The translations under genes were made by a program, and so were the position numbers. A stretch of DNA of 62,930 nt, filler included, from Rozella allomycis CSF55 (taxonomy: Eukaryota), in NCBI GenBank assembly GCA_000442015.1. It is 18 parts of 18 records of this genome, joined end to end, with 100 filler letters (N's around TTAATTAATTAA, not from the genome) between each part and the next. Parts side by side here need not be neighbours in the genome. Positions count along the whole stretch, not along the records: positions 38,053 to 41,798 come from KE560655.1; positions 41,899 to 59,171 come from KE560656.1; 16 more parts are not named here. The stretch is one strand, 5' to 3'. Shown here in pieces: positions 38,922 to 51,600 of the stretch (positions are counted from its first letter, which is position 1; each line of letters starts with the position of its first letter). Below the pieces are notes generated by a model, which did not search any database, had not been told where the DNA came from, and saw only the letters and a list, made by a program, of their open reading frames with translations.

Positions 38922-41798
38922 ATGGCAAGAAAGGCTAAATACGAGGCCACTTACGAGTCTGATAGCGACTCTGACGCTAGCGACTGTGAGATTGTAGAAT
39001 CTACTAGCAAAGGTCGTTCCGAGTCATCATCTTCCGATGTTGAAGTCTACGCACCGCGACGCACCACTAGACGCGCTGCTGCGTTGCCGAAATCAGCCAA
39101 AGATTCGAAAGGAAAAGATCCTGCTGAAGATGATACTATTAACACTATTGGCACTGACGAGGCTGGACCAAGTACAAGGAGGAGCAAGAGAAGAGCCGCA
39201 ACTAAAAGAGGAACTGCAGATGATTCTGAAGAAGACTACCGGCCGGATGCCAAGAAGACGGCAAAGTTTAAGATGACTGCTACCGAGTCGAAAGAGCTGG
39301 AAGAGTTTTACGGCAAGATTGAGAGGGTAGAGGTGCCTGAAGANACCAAAGAGGCGAAAGAAAAAGATCCTGCTGATGATACTATTAACACTATTGGCAC
39401 TGACGATATTGACGAGGCTGGACCAAGTACAAGGAGGAGCAAGAGAAGAGCCGCAACTAAAAGAGGAACTGCAGATGATTCTGAAGAAGACTACCGGCCG
39501 GATGCAAAGAAGACGACAAAGTTTAAGATGACCGCTACCGAGTCGAAGGAGCTGGAAGAGTTTTACGGCAAGATTGAGAGGGTAGAGGTGCCTGAAGATA
39601 CGGATATTGCTTATTTTGAGCCGTTTAACGATATTGTCTGCTACTATCCGTTTTATAGTGAGGGGGGCGAGAAGAAGCAGTTGCGTGGTGAACAAAAGGT
39701 GAATTTCCGGTATGTTTTCTTGGCGTTGAAGTCTTATCTTGAAAGCGAGTTTCAATTGATGGATGAAAAATTTGAAGAGTGTCAAGAGAATGGGTATACT
39801 GTGTATAAGAGTAAGAAGAANTGTGAGTTTGAATTGATGGATGAAAAGTTTGAAGAGTGTCAAGAGAATGGGTATACTGTGTATAAGAGTAAGAAGAATG
39901 ATGGACGATATATCGTTGCTGATGGTACTGCTAGAAAGTATCATGTATATTTTGATACGAAAGATTTAATGAAAGGAGAGGGAACTCCTTATTTTTTTTA
40001 TCCACTTTGTGACCAGTTGAATGATCATATGCCGATGATTAATGATACGTTGGAGTTTGCGGAAACGAAGCCTGAGAATTTCAAGTTGGAGTTGTATGAC
40101 TATCAGAAGAGGACTTTGACGTGGATGCTTGAGATTGAGAATAAAAAGAAGAATGTTATTTATTCGAATGAGCTTTTGCCGTATGTAAAGTTGGAAGATG
40201 TTGAGTTGCCTGTGAATATTAGAGATGGAACATTAGTTACAAAGAATCTGGTGAATTGCCCAGTGATTGAATGCAATGGAGGGATATTGGCGGATAAGCC
40301 AGGCTATGGCAAGACTGTGACTGCGTTGGCGTTGATTCAAAGTAATCCATGCAAGACGTTGAATGAATTGAATATGACTGCGGGAATGAAAAAGGTGAGA
40401 TTTCCGTGCAAGGGAACGTTGGTGATTTGCCCGAGTAATTTGATTGAGCAGTGGAAGAATGAAGCGATTAGGTTTTTGGGGAACAAGACGAGGGTGATTG
40501 TTTTGTCTAATATTTTACAACATCGCAAAGTTAGCTGGTACGATTTGATGTTTTGTGATGTAATAATTGTTTCCATTGCCTTTTTGTTTAATAAGAACTA
40601 CCAGCGAGTGTTAGATCCATACATTGTGGAGAGACCCTTAAAGAATAGAATTGGATATTTTGAACTTTATTCGCAAAAGATAATATCGCAGGGGCATAAT
40701 ATCTATGGGGCTGAGTATGGCCAAGTAAATTTAGAAGCAGTTCATTACAANGCATCGCAAAGTTAGCTGGTACGATTTAATGTTTTGCGATGTAATAATT
40801 GTTTCGATTGCCTTTTTGTTTAATAAGAACTACCAGCGAGTGTTAGATCCATATATTGTGGAGAGACCCTTAAAGAATAGGATTGGGTATTTTGAACTTT
40901 ATTCGCAAAAAATAATATCGCAGGGGCATAACATCTATGGGGCTGAGTATGGCCAAGTAAATTTAGAAGCAGTTCATTACAAGAGAATTATTATAGATGA
41001 ATTCCATGAATTGGGACAACATAAATTGAGTTTGAGAGAAATGATAGAAAACATGTCAGCTGAATCTATTTGGGGGTTGACAGGAACACCAAAGATTTCA
41101 GATGGTTCACAAATCCATGAAACAGCAAAATTTTTGAAATGTAATTTAAAAGTTATTCCATTCCCCTGGGACAATAAACATTATTCTGAAAATTGTGGAA
41201 ATGGAATATTTAATGCATTTGTTTTTAAAGAAAAGTTTTTCAGATCTAACAATCTAGATTTGAATTTGCCACCCTTGAAAGATGAAACTATTTGGGTAGA
41301 TTTCTCACCAGCTGAAACTGCTCTCTACAATTCAAGACAACGTTTCTCTGATTCTAAAATTGATGCTTTCATGATGTGTTCTCATTATCAAATCACAGAC
41401 TACGTTGCTTCTGTAGCGGGTGAAAAACCCTTGTCTATTGAACAAGTCAGCGAGAAATTATTAAAATCTTTAAAACAAAATTATCTCGCAGTTGAAAAAG
41501 AAATCATGTCGTCTAAAAAGACCATGACATCAATTCTAGAAAAGATTCAACCTTTAAAAGAAATTGAATTTGAATTGGATGACAATGGTTTGAAAGCTTT
41601 AAATTCTCTTCAATCGTCTTTAAACAATACAAAGAGATCAATTGCTAATCTTGAAGCGAAAAAGAATCAATTAAATAGAGAAATTCATTACTTTTCTTCA
41701 ATGTTAAGCTCTCTAGAAAATAACACCCTTGAAGATCTCTGCTGCATCTGTCTAGATCAAATGAACACCACAGATAAATCAGTCTCTGTCACTCAATG
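38922..41798 (+). CDS. SNF2-family helicase with RING finger (Rad5/Rad16/SHPRH-like), 3' end missing
   Basis: LYDYQKRTLTWM, GGILADKPGYGKT, TLVICPSNLIEQW, RIIIDEFHE, WGLTGTP, coiled coil, then CCICLD. Duplications at single Ns. Confidence 0.88.
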
Positions 41799-42105
41799 NN
41801 NNNNNNNNNNNNNNNNNNNNNNNNNNNNNNNNNNNNNNNNNNTTAATTAATTAANNNNNNNNNNNNNNNNNNNNNNNNNNNNNNNNNNNNNNNNNNNNGG
41901 AAATAAAGAAGAAGGCGAACTTTCATGGACCTTCATCTAGCGATACAAAGGGGTCATCGCTGAAGAATCCTGCAACTTTACATGCAAATACTCCTAAAAG
42001 TACTGGGAGCAGCCCAACACCAAGTCCCCGAGCGGTAATTATAAAAAGCAATATGTTTGATGCTGCCCAATAAAACGTGAACGGTTTTTAAGATTTATTT
42101 ATTTT

Positions 42106-43614
42106 TTAAACACTATTTTCAGCTATACTACTCATGTTCGGGATTGTTGTAGACTTTCCCAGCCCATCCATAGACTTGGAGGGCGCCAACATATTTAATG
42201 ATCCACCCACAGAGTTGCCTTGACCAGCAGTTGTGGTCGAGAGATTACCCTTAAAATTCGATTTTTTCTTAATTTCAACTTGCTCAGCAAAAGTCAATAC
42301 CATTTTCTGAAATGAATGCTGTATGTCACATATTTCTCTGATCCAACTTCTTCTTTTCATATGTATTCCATTTTCGCGCAAAACGGCGCCAAAATTTAAC
42401 GATGCAAGTTCTCGAATATCAGAAGTTATTCCGTTAAGGATTCGAGAGATCCATGTGGAAAATATAAAGGCCAATAAGTAACACAATACCATTACTACCC
42501 CGATTACAATAAATATCAAAGTATTTCTTTGTACAATACCTGCCTCCACGTCATTTTTTGACATAATCTGTAGCAATGTCCATTTAATACCATATTTTGA
42601 ATTTATTTCAGAAACACTACACAAGTACTGCAAGTTGTTCGATTGAAACAATAATACATTGGAAGAACTAACTAGTTGCGTATAATTGCCTTTTCCAACG
42701 AGAGAATTCAAGTAGACAAGAGATGCATTCAATATACTGTCTTCGTTAGCTAAAATGTCGAGCGATTTCGGGCCAGTAGCAACACCATTCGCGTCATAAA
42801 TAAGCAAATCAGTGCCTATTGAAGTGCCAACTATATTTTTTTTAGAACTTTCAAAAATATAGAGATAAGTTTTATATGGCAACATTTGTATAATTTGAGA
42901 TAAGAATGAATTCAGGAAGGATAGTTCAACATCGGTTGATGTTACACCCAAGTAATTGTTGCTGCTATCAAATAACCCAGAAGAAAATGTAGTCCAAAGT
43001 GTATCACCCCAAGCGTACATAGATGTCCAAGATGCGGACTTATTTGACGTCTTGTCTACAATCGTTACCCAATCCCCACTTGTTGAATTTGCGTTTAAAT
43101 CATTTTCAATCAAAGACAAAATATTTCCTTGCTCGTCAATTTTGTAGTACGTTAAATTGTTTCCATATTGGTTCCACATTCTAAGTTGTTCATTTCCAAC
43201 TTTTGGTTTGTACTTGAACAATCCCCATAATTCACCCGCCTCAGAAGTAAAGGTTAATGTTGCCAAATAATCCTTAAATTGTAATAATTGATTTCGATAT
43301 ATCGGTAAAACTGCCGGTTTGTTTTGCATAGAGATAAAGCCCTCCCGGAAGTAATTCTTGTTGACAAAAACTGATTTTTCCGCTATTGAAATATGAAAAT
43401 TTATCTGTATGCTGATTTTATCCTCGACGTCTTTTAATGCAAGCTTCGAAAAGTCCTTTAAAGAGTTTTGGGCAGATTCGTAAGCGAGGTACCACGAAAC
43501 AAAGCCCACTAAACTGATGGATACTACCATGAATAAACTCAATGCGATGGGCATTTTAATCATGAAAGATGTTTTTCGTTTTTTTCTTCCATGCTTTGCG
43601 ATACCTTTAGTCAT
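42106..43614 (-). CDS. TM-dCache-TM-HAMP sensor-like membrane protein with no catalytic output domain
   Basis: Intronless 502 aa. Two hydrophobic helices flank W.....WTSMYAW...LFDSSNNYLGVTSTDVELSFL...GIKW. HAMP-like ISRILNGITSDIRELASLNF...IREICDIQHSFQKM. Confidence 0.75.
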   Translation of the reverse strand: MTKGIAKHGRKKRKTSFMIKMPIALSLFMVVSISLVGFVSWYLAYESAQNSLKDFSKLALKDVEDKISIQINFHISIAEKSVFVNKNYFREGFISMQNKPAVLPIYRNQLLQFKDYLATLTFTSEAGELWGLFKYKPKVGNEQLRMWNQYGNNLTYYKIDEQGNILSLIENDLNANSTSGDWVTIVDKTSNKSASWTSMYAWGDTLWTTFSSGLFDSSNNYLGVTSTDVELSFLNSFLSQIIQMLPYKTYLYIFESSKKNIVGTSIGTDLLIYDANGVATGPKSLDILANEDSILNASLVYLNSLVGKGNYTQLVSSSNVLLFQSNNLQYLCSVSEINSKYGIKWTLLQIMSKNDVEAGIVQRNTLIFIVIGVVMVLCYLLAFIFSTWISRILNGITSDIRELASLNFGAVLRENGIHMKRRSWIREICDIQHSFQKMVLTFAEQVEIKKKSNFKGNLSTTTAGQGNSVGGSLNMLAPSKSMDGLGKSTTIPNMSSIAENSV

Positions 43615-43770
43615 CGGGGAATTGTTTGTCTTTGCGGAAAATTATTGCATTATTATTGGCTGACTAATCCAGATTAAAGTAATGAAAGTTACAATTCTTC
43701 TTGAGGCTTGAAATTTCCAACGACGTTTATGTTAAACTTTAATTTGAATCTTATTTAGGTTACGTGAACA

Positions 43771-44767
43771 ATGACCATGGATCTTTCTAAAAAGTTATAC
43801 GTTAAAGGAAATTTGTATTCTGGAAAAAAAGAAGAATCTAAAGGAAAACTTCTACGCGTTAATGATGAGAAACACCCTCTCTTTGTGGAGAACGATTATT
43901 TTGTTGGTCATTTAGTGATGAGGATCAAAGATTTTGATGGGATATGTCCGTTTGAACAATCCAGTAGTTGGAGAAACAGTTTATACAATGTTTACGACGC
44001 GCCAATAACTACCTGTAGCTACTTTGAAGGGAAAAAGAGATTAGTATCTTTACAAGTAAAATATAAACGTATGCAATAGATAGGTTGAGGGTAGATTTCT
44101 TAATCCAGAGTGTACTGAAGATGTAATATTTGGTGTATTCTTTGATAATCCTCTGAAATTGCCCGCAATGTCATCTATTGGCATTGCAATAGCGAAATAT
44201 ATAGACCCAACAATGATAGTAAACTTAGATGCAGACAAACCCCATGCTTTTTCTCCTTTGGTGTCAGCAATGAACATTTTAGCAGTTCAAAATGAATCTA
44301 GTTTGGTGTGTAATGGACTATCCTCTGAGCCTGGTGGAAACTACTCAACCCCTCTTCCGAAAAGGAAATGTCGGGAGATGAATAAGTTGCAAGAAAATTT
44401 TCTTGATCAACTCAACATAAATTACTCTGAATCGATTTTAAACAAGCCTCAAAAAGCCAGCTTGTCACACTCAATTCAGAAATATTTGAGGAAAATCGCA
44501 GATGATCAGTCAAATGTACCAGCAAACATCCGTAGAAGGCGAGAATATTTTCAAGATCCAGAAAATCGAAAGCGCCACTATTTTGATCCCTCAAAGATAT
44601 ATTCTATGGAATTTTACTCTCAATATGCAGATTTGAATGCTTATAAATTGAATTTGGGATTGTCCTTCGACCTATTTCCAATTATAGGAAATCAGCCAAT
44701 AAGGTACTGTGCGAAAAGTAGGGATGGTCAAAGAACTTTTTTCAGTATTGAAATTGGTCATATATAA
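43771..44767 (+). CDS. DUF1769 family protein, 2 exons
   Basis: ENDYFVGHLVMRIKDF, YFEGKKRLVSLQ|VEGRF, DVIFGVFFDNPL, IDP...DLDADKPHAFSPL, RRREYF, QPIRY. Confidence 0.7.
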
Positions 44768-44779
44768 ATCAAGTTTTAA

Positions 44780-45544
44780 TTGCAAATAACAATGTCCCCA
44801 TTTGTATCTCTCAGGGAAGACAATCTCTTTCTTGCCCTTAAAATGATGTCTTATGATATATATGTATTATTCATACCTGAAACCTTGGATGTCGAAAAAT
44901 TTCCATTAGTTTGCATCTGTTCAATGGCACTAGCTTTCGCATTATAATTATCGCTTTTAAGTACGTGCACCCTAAAGTACGTATATACATTTAATCTTTA
45001 CTTTTCTCTTGTCATTACATTGAATATGACAGTAATTTCACCCTCTGAATGGGATATTAATCCCAAGTGATTGAGGCAACCATTTTGATTTTCAAAGGAA
45101 CCTTTGGTTATATAAGTTTCTTTTTCGCCAAGAAAATATGACTCCAACTTTTCGGAATACTTCAAAGAGGGCTTCCATAGTTTCGCTGTACGTTTTATAG
45201 TTCCTCAATTGCGCTAGTAATAAATAATTACCAGGTTTGTTTGGAAAAAATAATGAGCATTCGCCGATATAATGAGTATGATTCGTCTTCATATCTTTGC
45301 ACCAGGCGTATATGTTTATTGTTGGGGTCCTTTTGGGATCTTCTTACTCATATACCGATCAATTACACGGGCTGGATGTATTTATTATGAATGTAAATGG
45401 AAAATTAAAGTTGTGAACTGTTTCATCGCCTGATTTGGAGTATTTTGAGATTTGTGTGAATCCGTTGACTTTAGAATCACCTTTAAAGGTCCAATTGGAA
45501 CCCTGCTCCATGGAGTATTCTAAATAACTATACATATTATTCAA
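44780..45544 (-). CDS. Hypothetical multi-exon protein
   Basis: Consecutive short minus-strand ORFs with intron-like breaks; no family recognised; boundaries approximate. Confidence 0.3.
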
Positions 45545-45780
45545 TTTGCAATTCTATTACACGGCATCATACTCTACACCCCTAAGTTCAGATATTTCAG
45601 CATTTACACAAATTGTTAGCCCCGTTGGTAATTCATCAAATTCAAATCCTACAAATTCTTCAAGCACCTTGAGTTTTCTAATAAAAACCACTAGATACTT
45701 TACTTGGTTTCATTTTCATTTTCATTATCCATTATATTATATGAGTTGAACCTTTTGCCTTTACCCTGGCTTAAGGCAAT

Positions 45781-46886
45781 ATGACCAACGTAGCAACATT
45801 ATGGAGCGTTCACCGGGCTAAACTCCACGATATTAACAACTATAGTCAGAATGCTTCAGTTGTTTATGTGCCCACTGCCGGTGGTGGTTCAGGTGACAAT
45901 CTCTCTCAGTTTTTTTCTGAATCTCACTGTTCACCATTTGATGTGGCAGTTTCTGATCCAGAGTTGATTTCAACCGTTTCTGAAGGAAATCAGATTGTCC
46001 AGGAATGGGTTTTGAAGGTGGACCACAAAAACGGAACAAAATGGCTAGTTCCAAACGTAGAAGCAACTCGCAAAATTATCAATTTAGCATTAGTATATTT
46101 TAATTAGTCTCTTTATTTAGGTTTTTATTGTTTCATATGCAGGTGAGAAAATTGATTCTTTGAGAGTTTATTGGGACCAAGGGACAGTTGTCAAACAATT
46201 AGGTCTTTTAGGCAATGATCCAAAAGCAAGCATAGTTAATGCGGCCATTCTTGACGGTCAACAGTCTGTAAGAAGAGTTTTGAACAGTACTGAACCAGCT
46301 CATCCCACGGTTAGTCAACATCAAGTGCACCAATCTCCAAAAAAGGTTCATAGTAACTATCACTACTTCGCTAAAAGTTCAGGCACTTCACAAATGGGAT
46401 CAATTTTATCTGGAGAGGAAGAAGTAAAGGTTAGACCATCTACAAGAGTGAATTCATCTTTTGTGGGCGGGAAGTCTAGCAACATTTTCAACAATGAGCC
46501 AGAGCAGTTCAAGCCATCGTCACATATTGATCCGAGAAGATATCAAGATCATTTTCGAAATGATGGAGTTGCTGGTGAGGAATTATCATTCCATCCTGGT
46601 AGAAAGATGAATGCTGCTTCAAACAACGCTTCTCATTTTACACTTGGTGGAAGCAACACGGAGTTGAGTAAGGACAATTCCTTGATTCAATGTTAGACGA
46701 AGAAAAACCTGCAAGGCATGTAAGGGGTTCTGCCAAAGCTAATACTTCAAGCTGGTCGTTTGGCGGCAATGAAAGAGAAGAAACACAACAAAAAGTAAGA
46801 CCATCTTCAAGGTAAAATAAATGTGACATAATCATTGAAGAGTACTTAATGTTCCTGGGGGGAGGTCAAATATAACTTTTGGCTAA
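45781..46886 (+). CDS. SnoaL/NTF2-like domain protein with C-terminal RPS(S/T)RV..PGG.S.I.FG repeats
   Basis: YVPTAGGG, VQEWVL.VDH...WLVPNV..T, RVYWDQGTVVKQLGLL; tail VRPSTRV..VGGKSS and VRPSSRVLNVPGGRSNITFG*. Confidence 0.65.
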
Positions 46887-47279
46887 ATAAAATCTTTTTC
46901 TCAAGTGCCATTGTAACTTTGAATGAGAACTTTGATAAATTGTCTTTTGAGATGATGATTAAATGTTTATACTATTTTCCCAAGAATGTATCTGCTCGTT
47001 ACGTAAATCACCTTGGCCATTCAATTGTATGGCATATGAAAAGTATGCTCTTCATTTTCACCAACTCCAACGCAAAAACACATGATTTTGTAATTAAAAT
47101 GAAATTTTGGTTGTATGTGCGTAGAGAGTAAATAGGGTTATTGTGCTCTAAACTTAATCCATGGGATAAATAAAGCAAAAAAGGTCTTGGAAGGATTTCC
47201 CTGGCGCGGGGTGCCATTCCTGAATCTAGTAGCCGTTAAAACCCTCATAAGTGGGAAAGGTATACAATAGACTGAAAAT

Positions 47280-47530
47280 AAGATATTGAGCTGGTTATTT
47301 CCAGATGTTAGATATTGAGCTGGTTGCTCTTTGTTTTCCAGATGTTTGATTATTGAGCTGGTTTCTGCTTGTTTTCCAGATATTTGATTAAGATGTTTGA
47401 TATTGAACTGGTTGCTGCTTGTTTTAGATGTCTGGGATTGAGCTGGTTGCTGTTTGTTTTCCAGATGTTTAAGATTGATCTGATTGCTGTTTGTTTTCCA
47501 GATATTTGATTATTGAACTTGCTGAGCTCC
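47280..47530. repeat. Degenerate minisatellite of about 30-40 nt (ATTGAGCTGGTTGCTGTTTGTTTTCCAGATGTTT-like), 6-7 copies
   Basis: Visible tandem units. On the minus strand they read SGKQxATSSI-like repeats with frame breaks. Confidence 0.8.
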
Positions 47531-47599
47531 ATTCCTGTACGGATTGAGAATAGCTCTTATTTGAAAGTACTGGTTGCCAGCCTTGTATTCCAGACGCTT

Positions 47600-48546
47600 G
47601 ATGTGGACTGGTGTCTACTGTTTTCCAGAACCTTGATGCAAACAGTGCCGATAACGTGTTAAGATAAAGTAAGAAAGACTACTGAAGAATGGACAAGGTT
47701 ATTAGGTTTCATTCCTATATGTATTTCCTAAATTGCTTCAACAAGGAGAATAGTTGGCTCGTCATTATATTTACCTCGCTTTCGCTGAAAGAAGTCAATA
47801 TAACACCAATCAGCAAAAATAAGGTCCTTTATTTATTAAGATTCCAAGAGTAACAAAGTTTCTACAATGTTTTCGCAAGACATATCTGACTTGCGCCTTC
47901 CATTTGCATGACGTAAATGATTTCCTGATTCATCCAAGATCCAGCCATTTAAGAGATCTAAGTAAATATACGTGAATAATGCTATACAATACTGGATGAA
48001 ATCATCCGTCATATTCATGGCGATATTCTTGCAAGCCCTTTCAAGAGAGATGGACAAGAACGACTTTCTTAATTCCTCGACAATTTTAACTCTGTAATTA
48101 GCTATTTAAATTATTTCATAAACAAGTACCTAAAATATCTCTTCTCATAGTTTCTAAAAGATCATTTTCTAGTGGACTTTGTAATAGGGCTAGCACGGTT
48201 TTGTTTTTCTTACTTTCGCAGACCGCGACGATTATATTTCCAATAGTGTCAGGATAGCTTTGTATTTTAGTCTTTATGTTTTTCCAGTGAAGATGTGTCA
48301 ACTGTCTAACATTTCCAATTTCCGAACAGTTTACACTTGATTTACCGCCAAAAAGGCGAAAACTTTGTATAAAGCCTTGCTTTCAGTGGGTAAAGTGGAA
48401 TTATCAATAGCAAACACATAACTCTGATATTTTTCTTGCAAGTTCATATCCTTCACCCTGAGATCTTGAAACTGAAAATTTCCAAAAAATAAAACAACTT
48501 TTTTATTAAACTCAGTCTTCAAACCAATCCACAATAAACCAGCCAA
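47600..48546 (-). CDS. Hypothetical multi-exon gene or pseudogene
   Basis: Several collinear minus-strand ORFs separated by short intron-like gaps; no family recognised. Confidence 0.3.
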
Positions 48547-48639
48547 CCCCTTCCATTTTAATCACACTTTAGAAATTTCCCAAAATAAACAAGCAAAAAT
48601 CAGTAATGTACCCTAAGCCAGGGTCATTGTTTACCAAAA

Positions 48640-51600
48640 ATGCCACCCAAAAAGCCTCTAATTCTCGAGTCGAAATTCTTCCTATCTGAGTGGTTTTTCC
48701 TGTGGGTATTTAAATTGATATCGTATGCACGGCACGGCAATGACTTTGAGATGGAATTGGGTCGCGAGGATGGATCTGTGTTGAACAAGGAGCTGATAAA
48801 GACTGCGTTTGACAAGGAAAAGGAGGTGGCTGCTAGAGAGAAGCGGGCGCCTCGAATGCTGAATGTATTGAAGAGTGTGTATGGGCGCGAGTATATGGTT
48901 GCTGGGTTGTGGAAGATTGTGTGGGGCGTGTCGCTGTGGGCTGGCGCGTATTACTTTTTGGAGCGCATGATGCTGTTTGTCAAGGTTGGGAATAGGGATC
49001 TGAGTGACGGACATTTGTGGGCTGGATTGTATTTGGCGTCGTGTTTGGTGTGTACTGTAAGGTGGTTGGTGTGGATGAGATAGATATCGATACAGCAGTT
49101 GACGAGCAGATCGTTTAGGATTGGAACAAAGGCGAGATCTGGGCTGATGAATTTGATTTATGAGAAGAGTTTGGTGTTAGCGAGGATAAAGGGAGGGGCT
49201 GGAGATATTGTGAATTTGGTTAGTAATGATGCGCAAAAGATAACGGAAGCGTTTCAGAATTTTCATTATGTGTGGTCTGCTGGAGTTGAGGTTGCTGGTA
49301 ATGTATGTAATTTTTTGGTAGGATAGTTATTATTGTTTTATCGTTTTTGAAAGTTGGATGGTCAGCTATTGCTGGGTTGTTGATTATATTGGTGTTGTTA
49401 CCGTTGCAGGTGTATTTGGGTAGTTTGAGATCAAAGTATGGACACGAAAATACACTAACCACATCTAAAAGAGTTCATGTGATGAGTGAAATATTGACGG
49501 CTATTAAATTGATAAAGTTTTATGCGTGGGAGAAGCCATTTGAGGAGAGAATAACAGAGATTAGGAAGAAGGAAGTTGAGTTATTGCAGAAATCGTTTTT
49601 TATTAATGTTTTAAACTTTACTAGTGTGTTTTGTACGCCCGTTTTGATCGCTTTGCTTGTTATTTTAACACATTGGTCACGCAAGGATTCTTTGAGTGTA
49701 GCTGATCAATTGAACAGTGTGAATGGGTTTGTTATCATATCTTTGTATAATACATTGAGATATCCGTTGTTGATGCTGCCATTAGCGATTAATTCTACAT
49801 CTGATGCCAAGACAGCGTTGCAAAGATTGGATGAGTACTTTGAGCAACCAGAAGTAGAAGCCCCGGTTAGACATGCATTGCATGAGACAGAGGGGATATT
49901 AGTGGAGAATGGGAATTTCAAGTGGAGTGAAGAAGCAGCGGAGCCATTTTTGAAGGATATTAATGTAAAGATTGGGAGAGGAAAGCTGGTTGCAGTTGTT
50001 GGAGATGTTGGCAGTGGCAAGAGTAGTTTGGTAGCAGCGTTGTTGAGACAGATGGTGCAGTGTAGTGGAGAGAATAAGGTGTATGGCAGTGTTAGTTATG
50101 TGCCACAGGAAGCATGGTTGTTGAATATGTTGTTGAAGGAGAATATAGTGTTTGGATCACCGTTTGAAGAGGAGAGATACAAGGAAGTGATTAGAGTTTG
50201 TGCATTGACAAGAGATTTGGAGTTGATGGAGTTTGGCGACCAGACTGAGATTGGAGAGAGGGGAGTTAATTTGAGTGGTGGACAAAGACAGAGAATATCG
50301 CTAGCGAGGGCAGTGTATAATAATGCTGATGTTATATTGTTGGATGATCCATTATCGGCTGTAGATCAACATGTTGGAAGACATATATTTGATAAATGTT
50401 TTAAAGAGTTTTTAAAGGACAAGACTAGGTTTTTGGTTACTCATCAATTGCAGTATTTGTCGCAAGTTGATCATGTGATTGTGATGAAGCAAGGGAGGAT
50501 TATTGAGCAGGGGAGTTATGAAGAGTTGATGAAGGCGAATGGAGCGATGGCTAATTTGATTAATGAGCATGTAGCTAATATAGAAGAGGATGATATTGAT
50601 GCTGATGGTGTTGCTAATATTGGTAGTGATAAAGAAGATAAAGAACTTGTTAGAGCAGAGAGTGATAACTTTGAAATGAGGAAAAAGGTAAAGTCGCCGT
50701 TTGTGCCAGAAGAGAGAATGAAGACTTTATCGCAAGAGCAAATAATGCAAAGAAACCAGATGAGTGTGACGCATAATAGAATGCTGATGACCGATGAAAA
50801 TGTGTCAAAGATTATTGAGAGAAGCCAAACGACTATTTTGGGCGAAGAAGATTACACACATCAAGTGGATGTAGCGAAAGCCATTGCAAAGAATGAATTG
50901 ACTGTGTTGTCTGGACATTTAGATGAGATTGAAATGCAGCCAGATTCTAATAGAAACAAGTTGGTTAAGCAGGATGAGTCTATAAATTTTAAAGAGAATT
51001 CATTTAAAGTGTATGGAAGAGCGCATACAGGAATGTTTATAACGATGCTAGTGTTTGTTTATTTCTTTGTGGTTCATTTGGTGAGAGTGTTGAGTGATAT
51101 TTTCTTTTCAATGTTTTTAGCAGATATATTGTTGCCAGCGAATAGTCTTAGTAGAAGATTTTCAGATTCTGAGTATTTGATATTGTATGGAGTTTCAGTT
51201 GTTGGGTTTACGCTTGGAGTGTTTAGTAGAGGGTATTTTCTATGCAAGATGAGTGTGTTGAAGGCGAGATTGTTGCATAATAAGATGTTTGATAGTGTTT
51301 TGTATTCACCAATGTCATTTTTTGATTCAACGCCTATTGGAAGAATATTGAATGCGTTTGCTAGACACCAGTTTACGATTGATGATTTGTTGGTTGATTC
51401 ATTGATGCAAGCGCTGCAGTATATGGCATTGACTGTTGGAACGATGATATTGATAATGGTGTTTTTGAACTATTCGATTATTCCATTGATTATTGTTATT
51501 TTGATTGGATTTCTGATTGTGTATTATTCAGGAGGAGCAGAGTTGAATATGAAGAATCAAGAAGCGATCACAAAGTCACCAATCTTTGCGCATATTACAG

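Noticed and set aside
47280-47530. CRISPR-like array
   Set aside because: Units are degenerate and abut without unique spacers, no cas genes are present, and the context is eukaryotic.
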